From: an uncultured Chloroflexia bacterium
GTDB lineage: Bacteria; Chloroflexota; Limnocylindria; Limnocylindrales; CSP1-4
Assembly (NCBI GenBank): GCA_963828165.1
Contig: CAWHDR010000001.1
Span: forward strand, 1,280,001-1,344,000
Direction: 5' to 3'
DNA: 64,000 bases
Under the pieces are notes generated by a model. It did not search any database, was not told the DNA's origin, and was given only the letters and a program-made list of their open reading frames with translations. The position numbers were made by a program, and so were the translations under genes. Shown in pieces: positions 35,566 through 44,095 of this stretch. Every line of letters begins with the position of its first letter. Position 1 is the first letter of the stretch.

Positions 35566-36972
35566 TTAGTAGTTGAAGCCGAAGAGACCCGGGGGCAGGT
35601 TGATGCCCATGATCTCGAACTTCTCGACGAACTTCGGCCGGATCCCGGTGGGCTTGAGGCGACCCTGGATCTTGCCCTCGACGACGCCTGTCTGCTCGAA
35701 GACGAACACGTCCTGCATGACGATGACGTCGCCTTCCATGCCCTGGACCTCGGTGATGTTGACGATCTTGCGGGTCCCGTCCTTCAGACGGCTCTGCTGG
35801 ACGATAAGGTCGACCGCGGAGGCGACCTGCTCGCGGATAGCGCGCAGCGGCAGGTCGACGCCGGCCATCAGGACCATGGTCTCGAGCCGCGACAGCATGT
35901 CGCGAGGGGAGTTGGCGTGGCCGGTCGACATCGAGCCGTCATGCCCGGTGTTCATGGCCTGGAGCATGTCCAGCGCCTCACCGGACCGGCACTCGCCGAC
36001 GATGATGCGATCGGGGCGCATCCGCAGCGCGTTTCGCACGAGCTCGCGGATCGGGATGGCACCCTTGCCTTCGATGTTGGGCGGGCGCGACTCGAGCGTC
36101 ACGACGTGCTCCTGGCGGAGCTGGAGCTCGGCGGCGTCCTCGATCGTCACGATGCGCTCGTCGTTCGGGATGAACGAGGAGAGCACGTTGAGCGTCGTGG
36201 TCTTGCCGGAGCCGGTGCCGCCGGACACGAAGAGATTCAGGCGAGCCTCCACACAGGCACGAAGGAAGTCGAACATGTCTGCGGTGGCGGTGCCGAAACG
36301 GATGAGGTCGTCCGTCGTGAAGGGGGAAGCGGCGAACTTGCGGATCGTGACGACCGGCCCGACCAGCGACAGCGGCGGGATGATGGCGTTGACGCGGGAA
36401 CCGTCGGTCAGGCGCGCGTCGACCATCGGCGACGACTCGTCAACGCGGCGACCGATCGGGGCGATGATGCGGTCGATGATGCGCATGACGTGATCGTCGT
36501 TCTGGAACACGACATTGGTCAGCTCCAGCTTGCCGGAGCGCTCGATGTAGACCTGGCGCGGGCCGTTGACCATGATCTCGGTGATCGACTCGTCACGCAG
36601 GAGCGGCTCCAGCGGTCCGAGACCGATGATCTCGTCCGTGATCTGCTCGAGCATGCGGACGCGCTCGGCACGGGTCAGCGCGAGGCCTTCCTCGTCGATG
36701 ACCTTGCCGAAGATCTCCTCGATCTGGCGCCGGACCTCGACCTGATTCGACAGGTCGAGCTTCGGGTCCAGGTCCTGGATGACCCGGTTCTGGATCCGGA
36801 ACTTGACGTCCCGGAAGGACTCTCGGACGGGCGCCTGCGACTGGAGGCGCGGCGCCGAGGGCAGGGTCGGCGGGCCGCCACCGGCCGGAGCCGGTACGGA
36901 ACCCGGTGCGCCGGCCGGCGCCTCGGGCGCCCCACCCGGGCGAGCTGATTCGATCCGCTTCAACAGGGACAT
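35566..36972 (-). CDS. cpaF: Tad pilus assembly ATPase CpaF/TadA
   Basis: GGTGSGKTT, IEDAAEL, LRMRPDRIIVGE, MNTGHDGS. Confidence 0.96.
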   Translation of the reverse strand: MSLLKRIESARPGGAPEAPAGAPGSVPAPAGGGPPTLPSAPRLQSQAPVRESFRDVKFRIQNRVIQDLDPKLDLSNQVEVRRQIEEIFGKVIDEEGLALTRAERVRMLEQITDEIIGLGPLEPLLRDESITEIMVNGPRQVYIERSGKLELTNVVFQNDDHVMRIIDRIIAPIGRRVDESSPMVDARLTDGSRVNAIIPPLSLVGPVVTIRKFAASPFTTDDLIRFGTATADMFDFLRACVEARLNLFVSGGTGSGKTTTLNVLSSFIPNDERIVTIEDAAELQLRQEHVVTLESRPPNIEGKGAIPIRELVRNALRMRPDRIIVGECRSGEALDMLQAMNTGHDGSMSTGHANSPRDMLSRLETMVLMAGVDLPLRAIREQVASAVDLIVQQSRLKDGTRKIVNITEVQGMEGDVIVMQDVFVFEQTGVVEGKIQGRLKPTGIRPKFVEKFEIMGINLPPGLFGFNY

Positions 36973-37031
36973 GACCTAAACCCCTTCTCGCCCCGAGGGT
37001 CGAAATACTTCAACGGTGCCGGTCGACACGA

Positions 37032-38288
37032 TCAGCGCCATGCGAACAACGATTTCTTGTTGGTGGCCCGGCCCTTGTCCTCGGTGGCCGCGACTTGCGA
37101 CGTTTCGCCGAAGACCGACTGGGCCAGTCGGAGGATGTCCTGGGAGACCTGCGCCTCCCGGTTGCTGAGGAAGAACGGAACCCCCCGATTGAGCGCGTAG
37201 ACGACGCTCCGCCCGTCGCTGACGATCGTCTCGTCCACCTTGCGGCCGATCGAATGCTCGACGTCCGCGACGCGGATTCCGAGCGCCGAATCGGCGCGGT
37301 TGAGGATGAGCCGGACCTTGTTCTCATAACCGAGCTGCTCTGCGACCTCCAGGAAGAGGCGCATGTTCTTGATGCTCGTGATCTCGAGGCTCAGCATCGT
37401 CAGGATGATATCGGCGGCGTCGAGCATCGCGAGGGTCGTGTCGTTGAAGAACGCGGTGCAGTCCACGACGACGAGGTCGTGGGTGAGGCGCAGCGCCTCG
37501 ATCACGCGCTTGATGCCCGACGGCGTGATGAGCTCGGCCATCTCTGGCGACGGCGGTGCCAGCAGCACGCGGATGCCGGCCGAGTGGTTGATCACGAACG
37601 TATCGATGGACTCGACCTCGTTGCCGGCCTGCTCGAGCTCCGGAACCAGGTCGGCGATCGACTTGTTCTTTGGATTCAGGTTGAGCAGGACGCCCACGTC
37701 GCCGAACTGGAAGGAGCCATCGACCAGGACGACCTTCTTGCCCAGTTCCGTGGCGGCGGCCACCGCCATGTTCACGGCAACCGTCGTGCGACCGACGCCG
37801 CCCTTGGGACTGAACAGCGCCACGACCAGGCCGGGCTCGCCGCTGGGGTTGGTCCCCACCGGGTTCGCGGCCTCCGTCGGCGTCGCGATGGCGAGCCGGC
37901 TGGCCTTCTCCCGTTCGCGGGTGTGGACCTGGCGGATCGAGGCGGTCAGCTCGTCGCTGCTGAAGGGCTTGACGAGGAACTCGCGGGCCCCCGCCAGCAT
38001 CGAGCGGCGCAGGTAGTCCGCCTCGCCCTGGACCGACATCATCACGACCGATGCGGTCGGCACGGCCCGACCGAGCAACTCCGTGGCGGCGATCCCGTCC
38101 ATGTCCGGCATGTTGATGTCCATCAACACGACGTCGGGCGTGAGGGACGTCGCGAGGGCGATCGCTTCCGCGCCGGACGCCGCCGAGCCGACCACGTCGA
38201 TGTCGCTCTCGAAGCCAAGCAGCTTCGTGAGGTGGTCGCGGGTCTCGGGGATGTCATCGACGATGAGGACGCGGATCTGGTCTGCCAT
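37032..38288 (-). CDS. cpaE: CpaE/TadZ-like protein: receiver domain + MinD/ParA ATPase
   Basis: Receiver (IVDD, MDINMP, KP) followed by KGGVGRTT. Confidence 0.9.
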   Translation of the reverse strand: MADQIRVLIVDDIPETRDHLTKLLGFESDIDVVGSAASGAEAIALATSLTPDVVLMDINMPDMDGIAATELLGRAVPTASVVMMSVQGEADYLRRSMLAGAREFLVKPFSSDELTASIRQVHTREREKASRLAIATPTEAANPVGTNPSGEPGLVVALFSPKGGVGRTTVAVNMAVAAATELGKKVVLVDGSFQFGDVGVLLNLNPKNKSIADLVPELEQAGNEVESIDTFVINHSAGIRVLLAPPSPEMAELITPSGIKRVIEALRLTHDLVVVDCTAFFNDTTLAMLDAADIILTMLSLEITSIKNMRLFLEVAEQLGYENKVRLILNRADSALGIRVADVEHSIGRKVDETIVSDGRSVVYALNRGVPFFLSNREAQVSQDILRLAQSVFGETSQVAATEDKGRATNKKSLFAWR

Positions 38289-38439
38289 CAGGCGGTCTGG
38301 CTTTCGTTCCTAGCGGGTGGTGACGATGGACGGGTGGTCTTGCCTCCCCTGACGCCGACGGGCGCGGGACCGGTGGGGTCCATCGCGCCCGTTGCGCCTG
38401 GGTTCGGTGGCTGTCGGCGGAAGCCGCCGAACGGCTTGG

Positions 38440-39345
38440 CTACGGCTGCGCTGGCAGGATGGCCTCGATGAGCTCAGGCGGCAGGACGCCGTAGTTGTCC
38501 ACGAGGGTCTTGAGGATGACGCCGGTGGTGGCGTCCGGGATCGGGCCGTTCTCATACGGCAGGTTGGTCTCTGGGTCGATGAAGTCCTGAGGCGAGCGCA
38601 GGACCAGCGAGAACAGTGGCGAGTCGAGCTGGGCGAACTTGATGATCTCGGCCTGCTGTGCGTCAACGGCCAGGATCACGATCTCCTGCTGGCCCGAGAG
38701 GGTCGTACCCGGCTGGGCCGGCGGTGCGCCCGAGGCGGCTGGCGCTGGCTGCGCTGCGGGGTCCTGGGGTGGCAACAGGGTGCCGAGGACCTGCATGCCC
38801 TGCAGGACGAGCTTCACGCTCGTGCTGTTGAGTCCGGCGACCACCGTGAAGGTGTTCGTCTCTTCGTCAGCAGTGATCACGGGGAACTTGTCGGCCTGGA
38901 GGGCCATGATGAGGTCGACGTAGTCGCCGGTCTTGATGACCGTGCCGACACCGGTGACCTGATCGACCTGGACGGAGATGCAGCGCATGGTCGCGGGGCA
39001 CTCGATGTCGAGCACCTGACCCTGCTGACCGCCGCTCAGTGTCCTGGCGGTGATCGCGCCGCCGATCACGACCGGCTGACGGACGATCTTCCCGAGAACC
39101 TGGGACGTGTCGCCGAAGGCGTCGGTGTCACGGCCGGTGATGGCGATCTGCCGGACCTCGATCTGCTCGGCGCGGATCGCCGTGCCAAGCGGGATGTCCT
39201 GGATCGCGACGACCGTCGGGAGCTCGGTGGGCGCCACCGGTTCAGGCGGTCCATTGCCAGGTCCTTGCAGCAGCAAGATGCCGACGAATGCGACGATCGC
39301 GAGGAAAACCCCCACGAGCAGAACCAATCGATTCGAGCGCTTCAA
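38440..39345 (-). CDS. cpaB: Flp pilus assembly protein CpaB/RcpC (SAF domain)
   Basis: N-terminal TM, VVAIQDIPLGT (SAF), GDYVDL; TTG start after GGGAGA. Confidence 0.88.
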   Translation of the reverse strand: MKRSNRLVLLVGVFLAIVAFVGILLLQGPGNGPPEPVAPTELPTVVAIQDIPLGTAIRAEQIEVRQIAITGRDTDAFGDTSQVLGKIVRQPVVIGGAITARTLSGGQQGQVLDIECPATMRCISVQVDQVTGVGTVIKTGDYVDLIMALQADKFPVITADEETNTFTVVAGLNSTSVKLVLQGMQVLGTLLPPQDPAAQPAPAASGAPPAQPGTTLSGQQEIVILAVDAQQAEIIKFAQLDSPLFSLVLRSPQDFIDPETNLPYENGPIPDATTGVILKTLVDNYGVLPPELIEAILPAQP

Positions 39346-39611
39346 AATAAGGTCTCCCGAGCCGTGATGTGTGACAGGTGGCACCACTGTAGCACCGGCA
39401 AAATGCCGCGCGACTATACCAATGGGCTAGGACCCTTGGTAGGAAACAGCAGGTTTCCCCGCGTGCCGCAAGGTTGCGCGCAAGGTTCGCATTTTCGACC
39501 GCACCGATGTCGGGACGAGGCCGGCCGGTGCAGCGATGAACCAGTTCGCCAGAGGTCTCCGCTGAGGCCTTGACGCCCGCGGATCGCGTCCCCGAAACGG
39601 CCGGAATCAGT

Positions 39612-39644
39612 TCGACCGCCGCGCCCGGGGGGCACGGCGGTCGA
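39612..39644 (-). terminator. hairpin after pilin B2
   Basis: TCGACCGCCGCGCCC...GGGCACGGCGGTCGA. Confidence 0.6.
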
Positions 39645-39663
39645 TGCGCTGGCGGAGCTGTCG

Positions 39664-39829
39664 TTAGACAGAACTACCGACGTTGCTCAGGACAGCTGAC
39701 CTGACCACCGATGAAGATGAGAGCGATGATTGCGATGATCGCGATAAGAGCGAGGATCAATGCGTATTCGGCGAGACCCTGGCCGCCCTCACGACTGAGG
39801 TTGGCGAAGAGCCTCTGGGAGATGAACAT
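39664..39829 (-). pseudogene. Flp pilin variant B2 (frameshift near 39692; real or sequencing error)
   Basis: MFISQRLFANLSREGGQGLAEYALILALIAIIAIIALIFIGGQVS, then a shift to VLSNVGSSV*. Length 166 nt is not a multiple of 3. Confidence 0.8.
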
Positions 39830-39916
39830 CTCCAGCTCTCCTTTCTACAGGTCCTGAACGACACAAGGCGAGCCGCCGAGCCATCAGGCCCGGCGGCTCG
39901 TTGGCATGGAGTCCGG

Positions 39917-40090
39917 TTAGACCGAGCTGCCGACGGTGCTCAGGATCTTGCTGACCTGGCCGCCCAGGAAGATGAGGGCGACGATCGCGATGATGGCGAT
40001 GAGGGCGAGGATCAGCGCGTACTCCGCGAGGCCCTGGCCGTCTTCGTCGCGATGGATGAGTTCCATGACCTTGAGATAGATGGACGTCAT
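39917..40090 (-). CDS. flp: Flp type IVb pilin A2 (57 aa)
   Basis: MTSIYLKVMELIHRDEDGQGLAEYALILALIAIIAIVALIFLGGQVSKILSTVGSSV; G|xxxxEY motif; AGGAGGT RBS; absent from the ORF track. Confidence 0.95.
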   Translation of the reverse strand: MTSIYLKVMELIHRDEDGQGLAEYALILALIAIIAIVALIFLGGQVSKILSTVGSSV

Positions 40091-40143
40091 GTGGATGGGT
40101 ACCTCCTTTCCTTCAGGCTCCCCGCAGTGCGGAGGCGGCCGCC

Positions 40144-40172
40144 AAGGTACGGTTCAGGGCGGCACATGTCAA
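40144..40172 (-). promoter_or_regulatory. sigma70 promoter for pilin unit 2
   Basis: TTGACA-17 nt-TACCTT on the minus strand. Confidence 0.8.
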
Positions 40173-40210
40173 GGAGGCAACCACGATATTGGTGCACGCA
40201 CAAAACGACT

Positions 40211-40236
40211 GACCGCCGGTCCGAAGACCGGCGGTC
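40211..40236 (-). terminator. terminator after pilin B1
   Basis: GACCGCCGGTC-TTCG-GACCGGCGGTC (cUUCGg loop) followed by GTTTT. Confidence 0.7.
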
Positions 40237-40268
40237 GACGTACGAGCGGTGTGGCTTGAGCATGACGG

Positions 40269-40439
40269 CTAGACAGAAGCTGCCGACGTTGCTCAGGATC
40301 CGAGCTGACCTGGCCACCGAGGAAGATGAGAGCGATGATTGCGACGATCGCGATGAGCGCGAGGATCAATGCGTATTCGACGAGACCCTGGCCGTCCTCA
40401 CGACTGGAGGTTGGCGAAGAGCCTCTGGGAGATGAACAT
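40269..40439 (-). pseudogene. Flp pilin variant B1 (three apparent single-base insertions)
   Basis: Removing single extra bases near 40407, 40300 and 40278 gives MFISQRLFANLSREDGQGLVEYALILALIAIVAIIALIFLGGQVSSILSNVGSSV*. Confidence 0.8.
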
Positions 40440-40522
40440 CTCCAGCTCTCCTTTCGTGACAGGTCCTGAACGCACAACGACCGCCGAGCCCATCAGGCCC
40501 GGCGGTCGTTGGCAGGAGCCGG

Positions 40523-40696
40523 TTAGACCGAGCTGCCGACCGTGCTCAGGATCTTGCTGACCTGGCCGCCCAGGAAGATGAGGGCGACGATCGCGATGAT
40601 GGCGATGAGGGCGAGGATCAGCGCGTACTCCGCGAGGCCCTGGCCGTCTTCGTCGCGATGGATGAGTTCCATGACCTTGAGATAGATCGACGTCAT
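40523..40696 (-). CDS. flp: Flp type IVb pilin A1 (57 aa, protein identical to A2)
   Basis: Same translation as 39917-40090; AGGAG RBS; absent from the ORF track. Confidence 0.95.
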   Translation of the reverse strand: MTSIYLKVMELIHRDEDGQGLAEYALILALIAIIAIVALIFLGGQVSKILSTVGSSV

Positions 40697-40744
40697 GTGA
40701 TGGTTCTCCTGGATGAGTACTCACCCCCAGATGAGGGCTGCGCC

Positions 40745-40773
40745 ACTGTACGAACGGGATTCACGCCTGTCAC
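40745..40773 (-). promoter_or_regulatory. sigma70-like promoter for pilin unit 1
   Basis: GTGACA-17 nt-TACAGT on the minus strand. Confidence 0.65.
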
Positions 40774-40819
40774 CTGAGACGATGGTACGGGGCACAACGA
40801 TAGGCGCCGAGGTCGCCGG

Positions 40820-40996
40820 TCAGCCTCCGGTCGCCTGATCGATCGCGTGTCCGATCGCGGTGAGGGCATCGGACAGCGTCCCGCCGAACACGACGAGCCA
40901 GAGCAGCGTGAGCGCGCTGGTGAGCGCGGTCATCAATCCATACTCCACCAGGCCCTGCCCCTCACGGGCATCATGGATGCGCTGCACCGCCTTCAT
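40820..40996 (-). CDS. divergent Flp-like pilin (58 aa)
   Basis: MKAVQRIHDAREGQGLVEYGLMTAL... with a hydrophobic helix; ATGA overlap with the upstream kinase stop. Confidence 0.8.
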   Translation of the reverse strand: MKAVQRIHDAREGQGLVEYGLMTALTSALTLLWLVVFGGTLSDALTAIGHAIDQATGG

Positions 40997-42195
40997 TCCT
41001 CGGGTGGCGGCTCGACCGCCGGCATGTCGGCCAGCAGTCGCAGCTCGCTGCCGTCCAGTAGCAGTTCTGCGGTCACCCCGATCGACGATGCTCGCCCCTG
41101 GATCTCGCGCCATTTCGTGACGGGAAGCTCGACGATCGACTCACGCACAGCGGCCTCGGCGGCCTGGCGCTCATCCTCTTTGCGTTCCTCGAACATCGCG
41201 GCGAGGGCGGGTGGCAGCTCCTTGCCGGGCTCAGGAGCGGGAGCGTCGGCGTCCGACGATCGCGGCGGCTCCACGACGGCACGCGTCGCGCGAACACGCG
41301 CCTCGAGCTGGTCCGCCCAATCGAGGACCAGCGTGACGCGATCGGGGGCCGCCCCGAGATATGCGGCGAGCGCCTCGTCGAGCATCCGGAACAGTCCGCT
41401 CTCGAGGTCCATCGGCAGCCGGCGGTCCTGACCCATCGACTCGAACTCGACCGGGATGCCCGCGCGCTGGCCACGCTCCCGCGTGGCGCGACGGAGCGTG
41501 GGTACGAGGCCCAGGTCGTCGAGGACCATGGGGCGCACGTCGAAGATGAACGACTTGGTCGCATCGAGCGTGTGCTGGACCATCGCTACCAGCTGGCGGA
41601 CCTCGCTGGCTGCCGAGGCCGGATCGCGCGCGACGAGCCGCTCGACGATCTGGGCTTGGAGGACGATATTCGTGAGGCTCTGGGCGGGGCCGTCGTGCAT
41701 CGCCCGCGCGATCTCGCGGCGCAGGTCCTCCTGCGCGCCCAGGACCAGTCGTGAGACCGCCGCTGGCATCGGCGTGTCGTCGTCGGCCGGATCCAGACCG
41801 GCATCTGCCGGCGAGGTGCTTGTGGGCAGCACCATCGCGGCGTCCAGGCCACCCAGGGCCGCGAGGTATTCCACCAGTGCGTCCCGGTAGCGGGCCAGTG
41901 CGCGTCGCTTTCCCTCGAGCACGTCGACCTGGGTCTCCATCAGCGCGGCGCGCTTGGTCAGCGTCACGAGACTCGCGGTCTGATCCAGTCGCTCTTTCGG
42001 GTCACCGTCCTGGGTGAGCGCCGCGAACTTCTCGGCGGCCGCAGCACGCCGCGCCTCGTGCCGCGTGGCTTCGGACTTGGCCTGGGTGACGAGTTGGTCG
42101 ACCTCGCTCAGCTCCCCGTCGAGCTTGATCAGGTCGTCGGCGAGCCGGCCGGACAGGTCGCCGAGCGTGGCGGCTGGAGCGACCGGGTCGGCCAT
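40993..42195 (-). CDS. HisKA_3 histidine-kinase-like protein with degenerate HATPase domain
   Basis: Coiled coil, then H-box EIARAMHDGPAQSL and DVRPMVLDDLGL; N and G boxes missing. Confidence 0.85.
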   Translation of the reverse strand: MADPVAPAATLGDLSGRLADDLIKLDGELSEVDQLVTQAKSEATRHEARRAAAAEKFAALTQDGDPKERLDQTASLVTLTKRAALMETQVDVLEGKRRALARYRDALVEYLAALGGLDAAMVLPTSTSPADAGLDPADDDTPMPAAVSRLVLGAQEDLRREIARAMHDGPAQSLTNIVLQAQIVERLVARDPASAASEVRQLVAMVQHTLDATKSFIFDVRPMVLDDLGLVPTLRRATRERGQRAGIPVEFESMGQDRRLPMDLESGLFRMLDEALAAYLGAAPDRVTLVLDWADQLEARVRATRAVVEPPRSSDADAPAPEPGKELPPALAAMFEERKEDERQAAEAAVRESIVELPVTKWREIQGRASSIGVTAELLLDGSELRLLADMPAVEPPPEE

Positions 42196-42941
42196 CAATC
42201 GTCGGGCATCCGGATCCAGCCCTGGCGCATCGCGTACACCACGGCTTGCGTACGGTCATTCACGGACAACTTGCGCAGGATCGAGCTCATGTGGTTCTTG
42301 ACCGTCTGCTCGCTGATGGAGAGGGCGTAGGCGACCTGCTTGTTGGTCATGCCCTGGGCGATGTTGTCGAGGATCTCGACCTCCCGGGGCGAGAGCGGCG
42401 CGAAGATGGGGGCGGCTTCCTGGCCGTAGACCGCGAGCTCGCGGAACTCCTTGAGGACGCGCGACGCCACGGCCGGCTTTGCGAAGACCTTGTCGTTGAT
42501 CAGAAACTCGCCTCCGGCGACGCGGCGGATGATCGTGACCAGGTCGTCGGGACCGACGTCCTTGAGGATGAACGCCGCGGCTCCGGCCTTGATCGCGTCG
42601 AACAGGGCGTCCTCGTCCTCGTTGACGGCGAGGACGATGATCCCGGTCGAGGGCAATTCGCGCTTGATGCGCTGGGTCGTCTCGATGCCACCGGGTGAGG
42701 GCAGCGACAGATCCATCAGGATGATGTCCGGCGACGTCTCGAGAGCCCGGTCCATCGCGCTCCGGGCATCGTCGGCCTCGGCGACGACCTCGAGGTCCGG
42801 CTCGCGCGCGAGGAGGCCCGCGACGCCCGCGCGGAACAGGGCGTGGTCGTCGACGATCAGGATGCGAATCGTGTCCTCAGGGGTCCTGCGGTCGGGCCCA
42901 CCCCGTCGTCGGTCGACTCCGCCGAATTCAGTCGCACTCAT
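42195..42941 (-). CDS. NarL/DegU-family response regulator
   Basis: IVDDH, LMDLSLP, LSPREVEIL...GMTNKQVA...EQTVKNH. Confidence 0.95.
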   Translation of the reverse strand: MSATEFGGVDRRRGGPDRRTPEDTIRILIVDDHALFRAGVAGLLAREPDLEVVAEADDARSAMDRALETSPDIILMDLSLPSPGGIETTQRIKRELPSTGIIVLAVNEDEDALFDAIKAGAAAFILKDVGPDDLVTIIRRVAGGEFLINDKVFAKPAVASRVLKEFRELAVYGQEAAPIFAPLSPREVEILDNIAQGMTNKQVAYALSISEQTVKNHMSSILRKLSVNDRTQAVVYAMRQGWIRMPDD

Positions 42942-44095
42942 CCGTTCTCCTTTACTCCCGTCCGGGCGCCCGTCGGGATCGCGAGTCGGACCACGGTACC
43001 GCCGTCCGGTCGAGATCGTACGTCGAAGCGCGCATCGATCAGTTCCGCTCGCTCCCTCATGAACTGCATGCCGAAGTTCCGGCGTCCACGCGCGGCCACC
43101 GCGCCCACATCGAATCCGCGTCCATCGTCGCGGATCTCAAGGGTCCAGGAATCGTCCGCGACGTCCGTGCTGACCACCACGGTCGAGGCGGCCGCGTGCT
43201 TGCGCACATTCTGCAGCGCTTCTTGGGTCACGCGCAGCGCGACCGTCTGCTGGTCGTCATCGAGGTTGTCGTTCTTTGCACGCAGGTCCGTCGTGACATG
43301 CAGGGCCGTGGTAGCCCGCAGACGGCCGACCGCGTCTTCGATCGCGCCATCGAGCCCGAGCTCGTCGAGCGCGGGCGGTCGGAGCTGGCTGATGAAGCCC
43401 CGCAGGTTGTCGAGCTCCCGACGGAGGAGGTCGCGCAGCGACCCGATCTCGGCGGCGATGGCCGGGTCTGCGGCGCTCATGCGTTCGGTGTAGTCGGCCT
43501 GGAAGATCGCGTTCGACAGCGCCTGGATCGGGCCGTCGTGGATGTCCTGGGCCAGACGTGCGCGCTCGGCCTCCTGAGCCTCGACGATGCGCATCGCGAC
43601 GTCTTCGCCTGCACCCGGTTCATTGCCGGGCGCCACCAGGGAGCTGTCGCCGCGCTCCAGGAACAGCCAGGTACGCGACAGCGTGCGCTCGGCGAGCTCG
43701 AGCCGGGCGAGGGCCGATCGGTGCTCCTCGAGCTCCTTCGCCACGGTGGCGACCTCACCTCGCAGCGACCGCTGCTGCGCGTCGCTTGCGCCATCGTTGA
43801 TCGTGTCGATGGAGCCGTCCCCGTCAACCGGAGCGGCGGCCGCCGCACTGCCCGCCCGCGATCGGCCGGCGCCGGGCGTCCGGTCGATGCCGTCCAGGTC
43901 GTCACGGAGCTCCTGCCAGCTCGTCAAGGCTTCAGCGTAGGCCTGGCGATAGCGCTCGCGGACCCCCCGGATCGTGTTCGCGCTGTACCCCACCGCCGCG
44001 CTGGCCTCCGCATGGAGCCCCTCGAAGCGGCTGTCCCGAGCGTCGGTCGCGCCGCCTGCAGCCTCCATCGGCTTCGGAGTATAGGGGCCGGTCAT
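42938..44095 (-). CDS. cytoplasmic DegS-like sensor histidine kinase
   Basis: IHDGPIQAL, QEALQNVRKHA, DDGRGF, FGMQFMRERA, GGT; no TM segment. Confidence 0.9.
   Translation of the reverse strand: MTGPYTPKPMEAAGGATDARDSRFEGLHAEASAAVGYSANTIRGVRERYRQAYAEALTSWQELRDDLDGIDRTPGAGRSRAGSAAAAAPVDGDGSIDTINDGASDAQQRSLRGEVATVAKELEEHRSALARLELAERTLSRTWLFLERGDSSLVAPGNEPGAGEDVAMRIVEAQEAERARLAQDIHDGPIQALSNAIFQADYTERMSAADPAIAAEIGSLRDLLRRELDNLRGFISQLRPPALDELGLDGAIEDAVGRLRATTALHVTTDLRAKNDNLDDDQQTVALRVTQEALQNVRKHAAASTVVVSTDVADDSWTLEIRDDGRGFDVGAVAARGRRNFGMQFMRERAELIDARFDVRSRPDGGTVVRLAIPTGARTGVKENG

Larger units (their letters stand above)
39664..40696. repeat. direct tandem duplication of the pilin A-hairpin-pilin B unit (period about 606 bp)
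   Basis: 39664-40090 aligns with 40269-40696. Confidence 0.92.

Noticed and set aside
39346-39611. c-di-GMP riboswitch upstream of cpaB
   Set aside because: No GEMM consensus recognised on the minus strand; only extended -10-like motifs (TGgTATAGT, TGcTACAGT).
39664-40696. Pilin repeats as a CRISPR array or a diversity-generating retroelement TR/VR pair
   Set aside because: The repeats are protein-coding genes. Differences are not restricted to adenines, and no cas or reverse transcriptase gene is in the window.
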